The position numbers and the translations under genes are program-made. The notes under the pieces were generated by a model. That model saw only the letters and a list, made by a program, of their open reading frames with translations, was not told the DNA's origin and ran no database searches. From Haliotis cracherodii (Eukaryota), in contig NW_027266267.1 in assembly GCF_022045235.1 (NCBI RefSeq), forward strand, positions 18,352,001 through 18,416,000: a stretch of 64,000 nt of DNA, read 5' to 3'. Shown here piece by piece: positions 38,201-48,780 of the stretch (position 1 is its first letter; the number at the start of each line of letters is the position of its first letter).

Positions 38201-41200
38201 ATCTCACCCTCGTGTCTTTTGATATCAATTATATCAACACGAGTTTTCTTCACTTTTATCAATGTTGACATATTTCATATAAAACGAGTGAGGGTGAGAT
38301 TTCATTTATTATCCAACATCATTCTTCCAGTTTTTTTCATTTTGTAGACAGTAATAAGCAGTGTAAAAGGTACTGCCAACAGCTTCAGTAGCAGAGCCAA
38401 AAGCGATGTCATTTGATTGTGACGTCATGGTAACCAATGATGTCACAATGGTCTGCAAACCATTGTAATGCAATTTCATTGCAGTAATATCTACAATGTA
38501 GATATCGCATGATCGTACCCAAGCGATATCTCCTGTGGGAGACAGTTTTGGAAGTTAACTCAAATCATGTTACATTATCAAGACTATTGTGTACACCATA
38601 CCTCCATACAGCAAGTTTATTGAAGTCAAGTCCTANNNNNNNNNNNNNNNNNNNNNNNNNNNNNNNNNNNNNNNNNNNNNNNNNNNNNNNNNNNNNNNNN
38701 NNNNNNNNNNNNNNNNNNNNNNNNNNNNNNNNNNNNNNNNNNNNNNNNNNNNNNNNNNNNNNNNNNNNNNNNCCTATCTATAGCCACAAGAAATTCCTGC
38801 TAAAAGCAGAGTCGTATCTAAGATTCCGACTATATCAAGAGCATGTGATTATGGGTCAGTATCAACAAATAGCGATGATACTAGGTGTTTGCGAACAGTT
38901 GAGCGTATCCTGTCCCACTGGTGGCACCCGTCACAAACACATGCAAAGACTGATCTTTTAATCATTAATACAAACAAAATTGTGTCACATCCCAACGCAA
39001 TAATGATCCTCCCTCTGTATCATAAAGTAAACAGTTATTTCTAATGAGCATGGGCTAATGCTGTCCAGGTTCATGACAACATAAACGATAATGAATTAAG
39101 CCTTCTTGACTAGTTAATAATATAATGGAGTTTACACCTGAGCGTTCAAGGGCAGCACGTAAGTTGTATGCTGTGGATGATCACGCCTTCCCTAGTGACA
39201 TTATGATGCAAATATGTCGTAATGTATTGCTCTTTTAGTATTTTATCTTTTTATGAATGGTGTTATGCCATACGTTTAGAAACCGCTGTGATAACTAGGT
39301 TCGTTACAGGTAATGAAACATGTGCCAATCGACATTATTGATATAAAGTAAAAGCAAATCGCACTGTGCTTTTGTCAGGCATTGAGAAAATGATATATAT
39401 ATAAGCTTTTATTCCTCCAAAGGAGAGTACAATATGCAGGGCAGAATATTAAAAAAATATTTAGGGGACTAGATTCATGTTATTTTAAAGTTCAGGAGTT
39501 GATACAAATGCTGAAAGTAGAAATGACGTTGTCTGAGAAAATGAAGTAATCAGAGAGAGTGTCTTTATCGGAGAAAGCTATGTTATCTGAGAAAATGACC
39601 TTATCAGCGAAAATGAAGAAATTCGAGAAAATGTAATCAACCCTTGGCGGTGAAACTGACAACCAGTAAAAACGTCCATGAATGGTACTCACGTGAGACA
39701 TACAGGAAGTTTTCCCAATCTGTGAGAGTCACATTACCCCCAGCTTCACACGAGTAACGACCAGCATCATAGCCTCTGACAGTATGGAATATTAGCTGTA
39801 CTGCCACGAAGTCATCAGTGGTAAGGACTCCGGCAATCTTCACCCTGGGCCTGTAATGCGGACGTAGGTAGATGCTAGCAGCGTCCACATCCAGGATAGC
39901 TGTACCGCTGGGGGACGTCACGAGAAATGGGGGCCTCGGCTGTGGCAGCGTCCATGTCAACGTGGCCTTGTCGCCTTCACCCAGCATTGCATAGTTGGTG
40001 TAGACATCTGGCCATGCTGTAAAGTATACAATAGATAAGGAAGAAATGAAGGAATTATCCATGCACTGCATGCAAAAGTTAAAAAAAACCTGTGAACGAT
40101 TGCTTTGATCTTTGCCGGTGCTAATTATCTACCTGGCTTCATTTACCCATTGCTATTTCCATTCTTTTACCTATCAGTGCTAATTACCCCCAGCCTCCCG
40201 TTTTTCTATTGTCCATTGCCAATTATCAATCAGGGATAATCTTAAGTCCTGCCTTCCAGTTGTCCATAACTATCAGCGCTAATTCGTGTGAAGTGTTAGC
40301 GTCCATTGTCTATTGCTAATCATCTATCAGCGCCAATTATCTGTTGGCTTCCCTTGCTAAGTTTCCACCTTTTGTTATCTTATTACTTTCATTGTTCTTA
40401 CAGGTCTATATATATGTTCATTGCTTCATAGCATTCATTCACCCGATGAAGGATCCGGAGTAAGCATATACTACGAAACGTTGTGTTCCTCAAAATAAAG
40501 AAGTTGACATCCATAAATTTTCTTCCTTATGTGTATCTTTTCCAAATGTCTTCCAAAGACATGAAAGTTACGAAACTATTCATTTAAACAAACCCAAAAT
40601 GTATATCCATTCAACATTTATTCGTGACATTTCACATTAAACCAGAGTCCCCTTACTGTATGACAACACGTGCTGGTGGCTGTATTACATCATGTTGAAT
40701 AACGGTAAATATGTGCACGTGAAAGGGCTGTACATGCTTACTGAGTTTCCAGTTACTACCACAAGCGGAATGTAGCGACGCGCAATGTAACGGTAAATGT
40801 CATAAATGATACACTCACATACGACATTTCTTTAACATATACGGGTATTTTTTCTAACTGACTTTAATGAAATAGAAAAAAGGTCAAAACATCATATTCA
40901 TCACTTATGCAACAATATGTGAAGACAACATACTAGTTTATTCATAAGCGATCAACCTCCGTGATCTAGTGGAAAGAGGTGAGGTGAAATGGGGTTTAAC
41001 GTCGCGTCCAAGATTTTTGCACTTATATAGCGATGTGCATGCACTTGTGTGTGTGTGGCTGCTTGTACTAGTCCGGACTGATGCCGATTTATAGTGCTAG
41101 CTCACTTAGATACCATGCCGCAGTTTGACGTGAATACCACACTCAGACTCAGTATACAGACTCCGAGCCGACCAGTCCTTGGTTTAGCCCCTTAATGCCG

Positions 41201-44200
41201 AGCGCCAGACAGGGTAACAACAAGTAATATCTTTTAATGTCTTTTGGTATGACGCGGCCGGGGATCGAACCCCGGACCTTCCGCTCTATGGGCGGATCTT
41301 GTGGACAGAGCGTCTGTCTGGAGAGTGGACCATCGATTCCCTGACGTCATACCAAAAGAGTGAGTGAGTGAGTATGGTTTTACGCCGCTTTTAGCAACAT
41401 TCCAGCAATATCCCGGCGGGGGACACCAGAAACGGGCTTCACACATCGAACCCGGGTCTTCGGCGTGACGAGCGAACGCTTTAACCACTAGGCTATCCGA
41501 CCGCCCCCATACCAAAAGACTTTGAAAGATGGTATTTGTTGTTACTCTGGCGTACGTCATTTCGGGTTAAAAAAATGGAAGGGTCAGCTCGGAGCTAATG
41601 CAATGTGTCTGTCAATCCATCTTAAAATCAAGGTCAGTGGCCTAGTACTATCAACTTGGCATTAGTCCGGATTAGTCCAAGCAGCCACACACCCGCATGG
41701 TTGTAGCTGTATAAGTGCAATAATCTTGAACGCGAGTTTAACCCACATTTCACTATACCTCATGTGTGAACAGTATAACTTACTGTCCATGTCCAGGGCA
41801 AACTCCTCACTCGGCACCGTCTGGTGTTGCTGCCCAACACGGGCCTGGCACGTGTATCTGCCAACCTCATCCCCCTTGGCTACAGAGGCTGTAGTGAGCA
41901 CACTGATGTCCACCCTCAGCTGGCTGCCAGACACACCATCCCGCACCGATGTGTGGTGCTCCGTCTCCCCGTCAACCTGGGAACCATTCCTCCTCCAGAT
42001 GAAGGATGCTTCCCCGGGATACGATGAAGTTGCATTGGTAACGATGATGCAGGACAAGTTGACGCTGCCGTTGTATTGCGACAGTTCATATGTATCTCTG
42101 GCCGCAATGTAAGGGTCCTGGATATCTGTAAAATATATGTAATAGGATACATTAAAACAAAAAACACACGACTAAACATATGCCATAGATGAGGTTCATA
42201 ACTTCAGGTTGGTTGGTCGGTTGGTTTGTTGTTTAACGCCGCACTCAGCAATATTCCAGCTATATGACGGCGGTCCACCCAAATGGGATCGATGACATGC
42301 ATCAACTAAGTCAGCGAGCCTGACCACCCGATCCCGTTAGTCGCCTTTTACGACAAGCATAGTCACCTTTTACGGCAAGCATGGGTTGCTGAAGACCTAT
42401 TCTACCCCGGAATCTTCACGGGTCCATAACTTCAGGGGACTTTCGTGGTTGATTCAAACACGCCGGGAGCATTTTGGCAAATAATTTACAATTGACGCAA
42501 ATAAAATGATTGAGAAATGTGTGTTATAACCGTCGAAAAATCCTGAATTCAAAATTACCCCCACCCCCACCCCCCATCCCCCACCCCACCCACAAAACAA
42601 GATGTTTTTTATTAAGTTTTATGACATCTAAACAACGTCCGTTCACATAACGTAAATAATACTAAACTGAAGGCCAAGAGAACGTATACATTTGAACATT
42701 AATATGATCAATCGATTACAAAAATTATCAAAACGCTCCTAGGATGAAAACATTGCCGAAACACTGTACACTTCATGTCCAAAACATATTAACAATCATC
42801 ATCAAATACATCACCATCGAATAACCGTTTCTTGTTTCTAGCAACCATTAAACATGGGTGCATACTTTCTCTTGCCAGGCAGTTTACTTCACTGATAGAT
42901 ATTGCCTACCTATCACAACGAGTTCCAGCCCACATTTGGTGATAAGATCACGAGGCCTCCGTCGTGGCGGTCCTCTGAAACACTTGTATCGTCCTGCGTC
43001 TGTCCACTTGACCCCCTGCAACACTACACTGACCATGCCTTCAGTTGAGGATGTGTTCCATGTTCTGCTTTTGTAACCGGCATTGACAACGTTGACCCTG
43101 TCAAACTTGATATGAAATACATCTTCCTTTCGCTTTGCATTCCGGACTATATACTGTCTCACCGACCGTGGACGTTTCCAGGATAAAGTCACCGTTCCCC
43201 CTACAGGAGCTGTAATCACAGGCGCTGAAACACGTCGATAAAACATTGATTTCGAATGATGTATATCAATGTGGTGAAAAATATTTAAAAATTGCTGAAA
43301 TGACGCTATTCTCCTCCTATTTCAACATCTTCCGTGTTAATAATATTTCTCATTCCCAGCCCTCACACTCAAATTACACCCCCTTAATTAATATGTCATC
43401 TCCCACCTGCTAGGGCGGGCCAGAAACCTATGATCGTGGGTTCGAATCCCGGTTGGCCCCGATTATGTATCTAGGTTTGTCTGCACCATACCCGTTCACG
43501 TAGAGTTTAACTGAAGTAGTAAACGTCTGAGACCTGCATCACTTTGGGCTATCCTCCCACATTAAGCTGACACGCCGTGATATACAGTAAACTACGGTTA
43601 TAACGAACACACTTATAACGAACTGTCGGATATAACGGACTTACTTTTTTGGAACCGACTAGTTGCTGTAGTTATGCTGTATATATGCTTATAACGAACT
43701 ACGGTTATAACGAACTAAAATAAGTAGTCCCTTTGAGTTCGTTATAACCGTAGTTTACTGTAACTGGAATACTGTTAAAAGCGGCGTTCACTGACTCACC
43801 CCCTGATGTTGTTGCAGAAAGGTTCACAGGTTGATTCATAAGCATAGAACGGTTAAAAATTGTAAACTATTTAAACAAAAATTTGAAACTCATGTAAATA
43901 ATCTGCCATTAACAAAGCTTCTGTGATTATTATCAATTTAACCATAATCTCTGAACATTACAAATTCAATGATCAGCTGAGGTCATTGTGGATAGAGCGT
44001 CTGCCCAGAGAGCTGAAGCTCGGTGGTCATTGTGGATAGAGCGTCTGCCCAGAGAGCTGAAGCTCCGTGGTCATTGTGGATAGAGCGTCTGCCCAGAGAG
44101 CTGAAGCTCCGTGGTCATTGTGGATAGAGCGTCTGCCCAGAGAGCTGAAGCTCCGTGGTCATTGTGGATAGAGCGTCTGCCCAGAGAGCTGAAGCTCCGT

Positions 44201-46176
44201 GGTCATTGTGGATAGAGCGTCTGCCCAGAGAGCTGAAACTCCGTGGTCATTGTGGATAGAGCGTCTGCCCAGAGAGCTGAAGCTCTGTGGTCATTGTGGA
44301 TAGAGCATCTGCCAAGAGAGCTGAAACTCGGTGGTACGATCTCCTGACCGCCACATACCAAAGGACATTAAGTGAACGTACAAAATGCCTTGCTGTTACC
44401 CTGCCCAGACTTTGGCAGTATGGGGAACAAGGACTCATCGACTCGGAGGCGGTATAATGTGTCTGATTGGAGAATCCACATTTTTAACTGTGGTATAGTC
44501 TTTGGCTAGCACTATTCCGNNNNNNNNNNNNNNNNNNNNNNNNNNNNNNNNNNNNNNNNNNNNNNNNNNNNNNNNNNNNNNNNNNNNNNNNNNNNNNNNN
44601 NNNNNNNNNNNNNNNNNNNNNNNNNNNNNNNNNNNNNNNNNNNNNNNNNNNNNNNNNNNNNNNNNNNNNNNNNNNNNNNNNNNNNNNNNNNNNNNNNNGA
44701 TACCGGTCTAGTCCACTTCTGCATAAAGAAAAATATAAAAAGTCAAAAATAGATACTTCAATCCTACGCGAAACTACTCAGATAAATGATTGAGCACGTT
44801 AATGCGTTACACGCTACCTTTTTCAATATTATTCGTTTATCATGCCGGGGAACACGTTAGCTCACCGGAGGAGACGGCGGGGTTAAAGTAGGAGGAACAC
44901 TCGTTTATTCGCGACTGTGTTGTTTATGTTTTTCATTATGTTACGCCAGATTCATTTTGTAAATTTTCTGTGCATATTAAACTGAAATAAAATGCCATTT
45001 TGTGAAGTGAATAAAGTAAATAATATAAAAATACGTGATTTTATTTTAGAGTTATGTTATGTCGAGCAGTTACACTCACTATACTATTAATCCCCATGTT
45101 GGTTAAGGGATTATCTCGGTCTGGTAACTTCATATGAGTCCAAAACTGTTAGAACACCCGACTTCCGACTAACCCCCCCTCCCCCCCCACCCGCATATCC
45201 CTCCTCCTGCCCCCCTACACGCCCCATTCCAACCACCCCCCCCCCCCCACACACACACACACACACATATCCACCCCATCCACCCACCCTACACACACAC
45301 ACACACATCCACACCTACACCCCCCCCCCCACACCNNNNNNNNNNNNNNNNNNNNNNNNNNNNNNNNNNNNNNNNNNNNNNNNNNNNNNNNNNNNNNNNN
45401 NNNNNNNNNNNNNNNNNNNNNNNNNNNNNNNNNNNNNNNNNNNNNNNNNNNNNNNNNNNNNNNNNNNCACACCCACACACAAACACCCACCCGCACACAC
45501 ACATCCACAGACACACACACTCACATCCACNNNNNNNNNNNNNNNNNNNNNNNNNNNNNNNNNNNNNNNNNNNNNNNNNNNNNNNNNNNNNNNNNNNNNN
45601 NNNNNNNNNNNNNNNNNNNNNNNNNNNNNNNNNNNNNNNNNNNNNNNNNNNNNNNNNNNNNNNNNNNNNNNNTTGAGGAGTACGCAGAGGTGCAACATAC
45701 AGACATACAGACATACAGACACCCACACCCACACATACTCCCACTCACACCCANNNNNNNNNNNNNNNNNNNNNNNNNNNNNNNNNNNNNNNNNNNNNNN
45801 NNNNNNNNNNNNNNNNNNNNNNNNNNNNNNNNNNNNNNNNNNNNNNNNNNNNNNNNNNNNNNNNNNNNNNNNNNNNNNNNNNNNNNNNNNNNNNNNNNNN
45901 NNNNNNCACACTCTTGAGGAGTACGCAGAGGTGCAGCATACAGAGACTACATCCTACATGAACATCTGTGGAATCAAGGATCTTTAAGTTTATCTTGACT
46001 CTTTCTTTGTGTAGCACTACCACCGTAAACTTAGATTGATTGTTATGATTGGAATAGAAATTGTTGACTTATTTCGAAAAATATACATCACACTTACCTT
46101 TAGCTGGGTGACAATCTTGAAATTCAGACCAAAACACAATAGAGAAGAACAATAGTCTACTAAACAGATGTCTCAT
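26233..46176 (-). CDS. Type-I membrane IgSF receptor/adhesion protein: SP + 7 Ig-like domains + TM + ~90-aa tail; 12 coding exons, ~861 aa
   Basis: Exons 46176-46098, 43224-42910, 42125-41784, 40016-39693, 38167-37898, 35788-35474, 33524-33246, 32952-32644, 31550-31455, 31127-31112, 28638-28463 and 26297-26233 join into one open frame (2586 nt) with AG acceptors and GT donors (one GC). Confidence 0.85.
26375..26655 (-). mobile_element. tRNA-headed SINE with Meta/RUDI-like central domain (family M)
   Basis: tRNA-like head, then gtcataccaaaagacattaaaagatggtacttgttgttaccctgtctggcgctcggcattaagg; (CACCT)n tail. Domain name assigned from memory of the consensus, not by search. Confidence 0.8.
26828..27095 (+). 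mobile_element. Family B SINE-like element
   Basis: TSD-like tcgtaaaca on both sides; full consensus. Confidence 0.88.
27420..27850 (+). mobile_element. Family M SINE spanning assembly gap 27608-27783
   Basis: Central domain before the gap and tail ggcgacgtttaaccccatttcacc after it. Confidence 0.7.
28100..28358 (-). mobile_element. Diverged family L SINE
   Basis: Shares gcaggtctcagac and gctgacaaacctagaa with 1321-1580. Confidence 0.7.
28463..28638 (-). CDS. IgSF exon 11, cytoplasmic (GLNVSG...MSFYLHRVDDGN)
   Basis: Acceptor atttacag, donor GTAAGT, 176 nt open in the phase (2 to 1) predicted by the 16-nt microexon. Confidence 0.78.
28653..30615. repeat. Intronic minisatellite, 21 bp unit (gagtgttaggtaatataatgt), ~93 copies, with a 357-bp (17-mer) duplication
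   Basis: Variant gagcgttaaat at 28927 and 29284. Confidence 0.97.
31112..31127 (-). CDS. IgSF exon 10, 16-nt microexon (ESRKGG)
   Basis: cttatatttcag|AATCCAGGAAAGGCGG|gtaagc; converts phase 1 to phase 2, which keeps exon 11 open. Confidence 0.7.
31455..31550 (-). CDS. IgSF exon 9, transmembrane helix (VVIVTAVSVVVVGIIIVSIFCLAF-RK)
   Basis: Acceptor tgtgttgtag, donor AG|GTACAG, 96 nt; hydrophobic run followed by basic residues. Confidence 0.88.
31605..31848 (-). mobile_element. Family B SINE-like element
   Basis: Reverse complement of consensus ending cttcacgggtc. Confidence 0.82.
32388..32558 (+). mobile_element. Family D SINE
   Basis: Intact A/B boxes (TAGCCTAGTGG; GGTTCGATTCC), (CTCA)n tail. 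Confidence 0.9.
32644..32952 (-). CDS. IgSF exon 8, membrane-proximal Ig-like domain 7 without canonical disulfide
   Basis: GYPKPS...FTINKVEQSDEGIYTISFDNGQG; 309 nt; GC donor AG|GCGAGT. Confidence 0.85.
33246..33524 (-). CDS. IgSF exon 7, Ig-like domain 6
   Basis: VTFTCEVDGTPP...GEYLCSASNVVG; 279 nt, phase 1-1, donor GTAAGC. Confidence 0.9.
34914..35400. mobile_element. MITE-like element with ~58-bp imperfect TIRs
   Basis: gaggcaagagagttaactg..taaaagtc..ccacccttgcc..aggctg is inverted at both ends. Confidence 0.8.
35474..35788 (-). CDS. IgSF exon 6, C2-like domain 5
   Basis: KPIVPTI..VILTC..LSYRW..DQYTCQAVEQGLYSDWS; 315 nt; donor GTGAGT. Confidence 0.9.
36164..36424 (+). mobile_element. 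Family B SINE-like element, full length
   Basis: 13-bp TSD agtttcagattta (36151-36163, 36425-36437); (ACCA)n tail. Confidence 0.92.
36667..37928 (-). repeat. 42-bp minisatellite (~30 copies) whose unit is the 3' end of IgSF exon 5 plus its splice donor
   Basis: Minus-strand unit gtgtctccgtggagtgcggagtttgttctca|gtaagagtttt encodes VSPWSAEFVLSKSF; the first copy overlaps the exon. Confidence 0.95.
37898..38167 (-). CDS. IgSF exon 5, C2-like domain 4
   Basis: KPRDPTI..VVLSC..LSYSW..DHYSCQAAEQGLVSPWS; 270 nt to the first donor; paralogous to exon 6, which ends at the equivalent residue. Confidence 0.9.
39693..40016 (-). CDS. IgSF exon 4, atypical V-like domain 3
   Basis: GDKATLTW...VRGYDAGRYSC; 324 nt; donor GTGAGT. 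Confidence 0.9.
40440..40485 (+). ncRNA. Degenerate minimal type-I hammerhead motif in a probable Penelope-like terminal fragment (~40090-40530)
   Basis: cac-CCGATGA-[stem II]-cGAAA-cgtt-gtg followed by aataaa; the core has C in place of the U of CUGAUGA. Confidence 0.45.
40956..41760. mobile_element. Nested SINE cluster: family M (+) host with family M (-, ~40977-41295) and family D (-, 41360-41507) insertions
   Basis: TSD cataccaaaaga (41348-41359, 41508-41519); imperfect TSD gatctagtggaaagag / gatcttgtggacagag. Confidence 0.85.
41784..42125 (-). CDS. IgSF exon 3, C2/I-like domain 2
   Basis: GSVNLSC..FIWRRNGS..GRYTCQA; 342 nt; donor GTAAGT. Confidence 0.92.
42209..42424 (-). mobile_element. 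Family B SINE-like element
   Basis: 12-bp TSD cataacttcagg (42197-42208, 42425-42436). Confidence 0.9.
42910..43224 (-). CDS. IgSF exon 2, atypical N-terminal V-like domain 1
   Basis: APVGGTVTLSW...LQGVKWTDAGRYKC...CGLELVV; 315 nt, phase 1-1. Confidence 0.92.
43410..43799 (+). mobile_element. 5'-truncated family L SINE interrupted by a MITE
   Basis: Consensus gccgtgatataactggaatactg is split at the TA. Confidence 0.85.
43585..43760. mobile_element. pogo/Tigger-like MITE, 176 bp
   Basis: Perfect 24-bp TIR cagtaaactacggttataacgaac; TA TSD. Confidence 0.93.
43976..44335 (+). repeat. 44-bp tandem repeat (~8 copies) of a family M SINE head; the SINE body follows to the gap at 44520
   Basis: Unit gtggtcattgtggatagagcgtctgcccagagagctgaagctcc; continues into cataccaaaggacattaa. 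Confidence 0.9.
45170..45940. repeat. C/CA-rich microsatellite region with three assembly gaps
   Basis: (CA)n, poly-C; N runs at 45336-45467, 45531-45672 and 45754-45906. Confidence 0.9.
46098..46176 (-). CDS. IgSF exon 1, signal peptide (MRHLFSRLLFFSIVFWSEFQDCHPAK)
   Basis: ATG, hydrophobic core, consensus donor AAG|GTAAGT in phase 1. Confidence 0.8.
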
Positions 46177-46309
46177 GCTGAGAGAGGAGTTGAACATTAC
46201 TTTGAGTTATATCCCAGTCTCATCAAGGTCACCGCATTCTGCACCTGTCTTCTATCAACAAAATATTTCCGCATACGGCCTGTGATGACTGAGTGTTTCG
46301 AAACTGGTG

Positions 46310-47110
46310 CACACACCTTTCACCCGACATTACAGGCGAGACGGTACACTGCGTGATAATGTTCATAGCTTTTAAACGTTCATACAAGGAACACATCACT
46401 TGATCATGGGAATTGAAATACGAATAGAGAATATATTGACAAATAGGTTGAACATAGGTGATACGAAAGCATGAATCTCAAACATCGAGCCTTGTTCAAA
46501 CGTTAAATACACGTGTTGGTAGGATGCACCATCACGTAACTCTCATTGCATCACACAAACATCTTAGGGTGTTTCCAACCTCATTACACCATAAATATAA
46601 CTAATTATAACCATCGCGTGTTTCCAACAACCTAATTGCATGACAAATAGAACCATCGCGTTTTTCAACAACCTCATTACATCACAAATATAACTATCAC
46701 GTGTTTCCAACAACCTCATTACATCACAAATATAACCATTGCTTGTTTCCGACAACCGCATCACATCACAAATATAATCATCACGTATTTCCGAAAACCT
46801 CGTTACATCACAAATCTAATCATCACGTGTTTCCAACAACCTCGTTACATGACAAATATAACCATCACTTGTTTCCAACACACCTTTCACCCGGCATTAC
46901 AGGCGAGACTGTACACTGTGTCATAATGTCCATAGCCTTTAAACGTTCATACAAGGAACACATTACTTAAGCATGGGAATTGAAATAAGAATAGAGAATA
47001 TATTTACAAATATGGTGAACATAGATTACACGAAAGCATGAATTTCAAACATCGAGCCTGGTGTAAAAGTTAGATGCTTGTTTAGGCAGGATGCACCATC
47101 ACGTAACCCA
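46310..47110. repeat. ~230-bp direct duplication (46310-46540 / 46878-47108) flanking degenerate ~41-bp tandem units
   Basis: cacacctttcaccc...aggatgcaccatcacgtaac occurs twice. Confidence 0.85.
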
Positions 47111-47686
47111 CGAAAACCTCATCACATCGAGGTACAACTATGTGCTGCGTAATGTGTGTACCTTTTAACTTATGACCAAACACTCTAAGCTTTATTCTTA
47201 TGTAGTCGTTAATACTTAAATTTATGTATTTTTTCGTTTCTATGCACCGCTATTATTCTATATTTCTCACGTACCATGTAAGTGTACACCAGGCAAACGA
47301 TACTTATATCTGGTTTTGGGTTCTCTTGTTCTTTTCCAAAAATGATTAACCCATGCTGAAAAACTACTACCGAAACAGATTTAGTAGTATGGCAATGTCA
47401 CTTCAGCACGCATTACTTGCACAGGGTATAAAGTGCCGGGTGTAATCAACAACACCTGATTCTGAACGGTTGTTCATAACTGTTTAAAGATAATCAACAT
47501 CACGTGATATCCTGTTGAACTCTACCCTGCCGCTTTGTGCGCGATAGGGGTATGTACATGTAGGTCGAGGCCGTGTGGGGTCGGGGAATGTGGGTCGAGG
47601 CCGTGTGGGTTAGGGCATGGGTGTCGACGCTAGGCTGTCAACGTGGGGCAGAACGCAATGATATCGGGGTTGGGCTACGGGTGGGT

Positions 47687-47687
<1 letters not shown>

Positions 47688-47728
<41 letters not shown>
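47688..47728. repeat. (ATG)n microsatellite
   Basis: Direct reading. Confidence 0.95.
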
Positions 47729-47729
<1 letters not shown>

Positions 47730-47839
47730 CTACTCTAGTCGTCATCTATACTCAGCCCTTAAATACATGAAATCTGTCAAGTGAGAGATGTTGTTATTTT
47801 CGAGGTATTTTTTGTTCTTATATTCTATATTTCACATTT

Positions 47840-48033
47840 GGCGTTGGGGTAGCCTATAGCTACTGGTTAATGTGTTCGCTCATCACGCCGAAAACCCGGG
47901 TTCGATTCCATACATGTGTACCAATGTATGAAGCCCATTTCTGGTGTCCCTTGCTGTGATATTGCTGGAATATTGCTAAAAGCGCCGTAAAACCATACTC
48001 GCTCACTCACTCACTCACTCACTCACTCACTCA
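47840..48033 (+). mobile_element. Family D SINE
   Basis: Head, body and long (CTCA)n tail. Confidence 0.88.
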
Positions 48034-48289
48034 CAGCAATAACAGAATTCCTTATTGAGAAACCTGTTAGGGTTATTTACAAAAGCAATAAACATGTTGG
48101 TAGAGAAGACAACAAAAGCTTTCTTTGCATTATTAAAGAAAACACTGATATTAAATAGTCTCTTGTTGTATGCTATCAGAAATTGTCCCGTTTTGAATGT
48201 AGTGTTCGGAAATTTGGGGATTTCGTTACCCAACACCACATTTCATGGTCTACGGTGAACTATGTGCATGAACTGATGATAAGACACCA

Positions 48290-48398
48290 GGGCCCACTTG
48301 CACAAAGCGATCTTAGTGCTAAGATGATCTTAACTCCCATACTTTAACATAGGCTCACAATAGTCTTAGCACTAAGATCGTTTTGTGCAATTGGGCCC
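48290..48398. mobile_element. PIF/Harbinger-like MITE
   Basis: ~35-bp TIR gggccca.ttgcacaaa.cgatcttagtgctaaga; a related fragment lies at ~5765-5903. Confidence 0.8.
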
Positions 48399-48780
48399 TG
48401 GAGGAGACATACAGGCATAAGGAGAGTGAATGAGTGAGTCCGGTTTTACGCCAATTTCAGCAACCACACCGCCCAACATGTATAAGGCGTAGATTACTGT
48501 AACACAGGTAACATTTGGGATGAGGAATGGGTGTCACGTTACGTGCATGTGCACCCGCAGCAGCAGCAGTTTGATCACTTCTTACGTTCAACCAAAGATT
48601 AGTGGAATTCAACGTATTGTTCCAGAACATATTATCTATTGCACCGAATGTGTGTTATGCCGGGTCAAAACAGTTTATAGACAGGTACAGATTCAGTTTA
48701 AGATAAAATGATTTAATTTCTTATCCCTGTCGATACATTTACTAATATGAACACATATTATTTTACGGGTTCTGCTGTTA

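Noticed and set aside
39693-43224. V(D)J-like rearranging segments
   Set aside because: The V-like domains are complete spliced exons; no heptamer-spacer-nonamer signals seen at their flanks.
44502-46023. ORFs spanning N runs (also 27559-27870 and 38509-38961)
   Set aside because: Open only because of assembly gaps.
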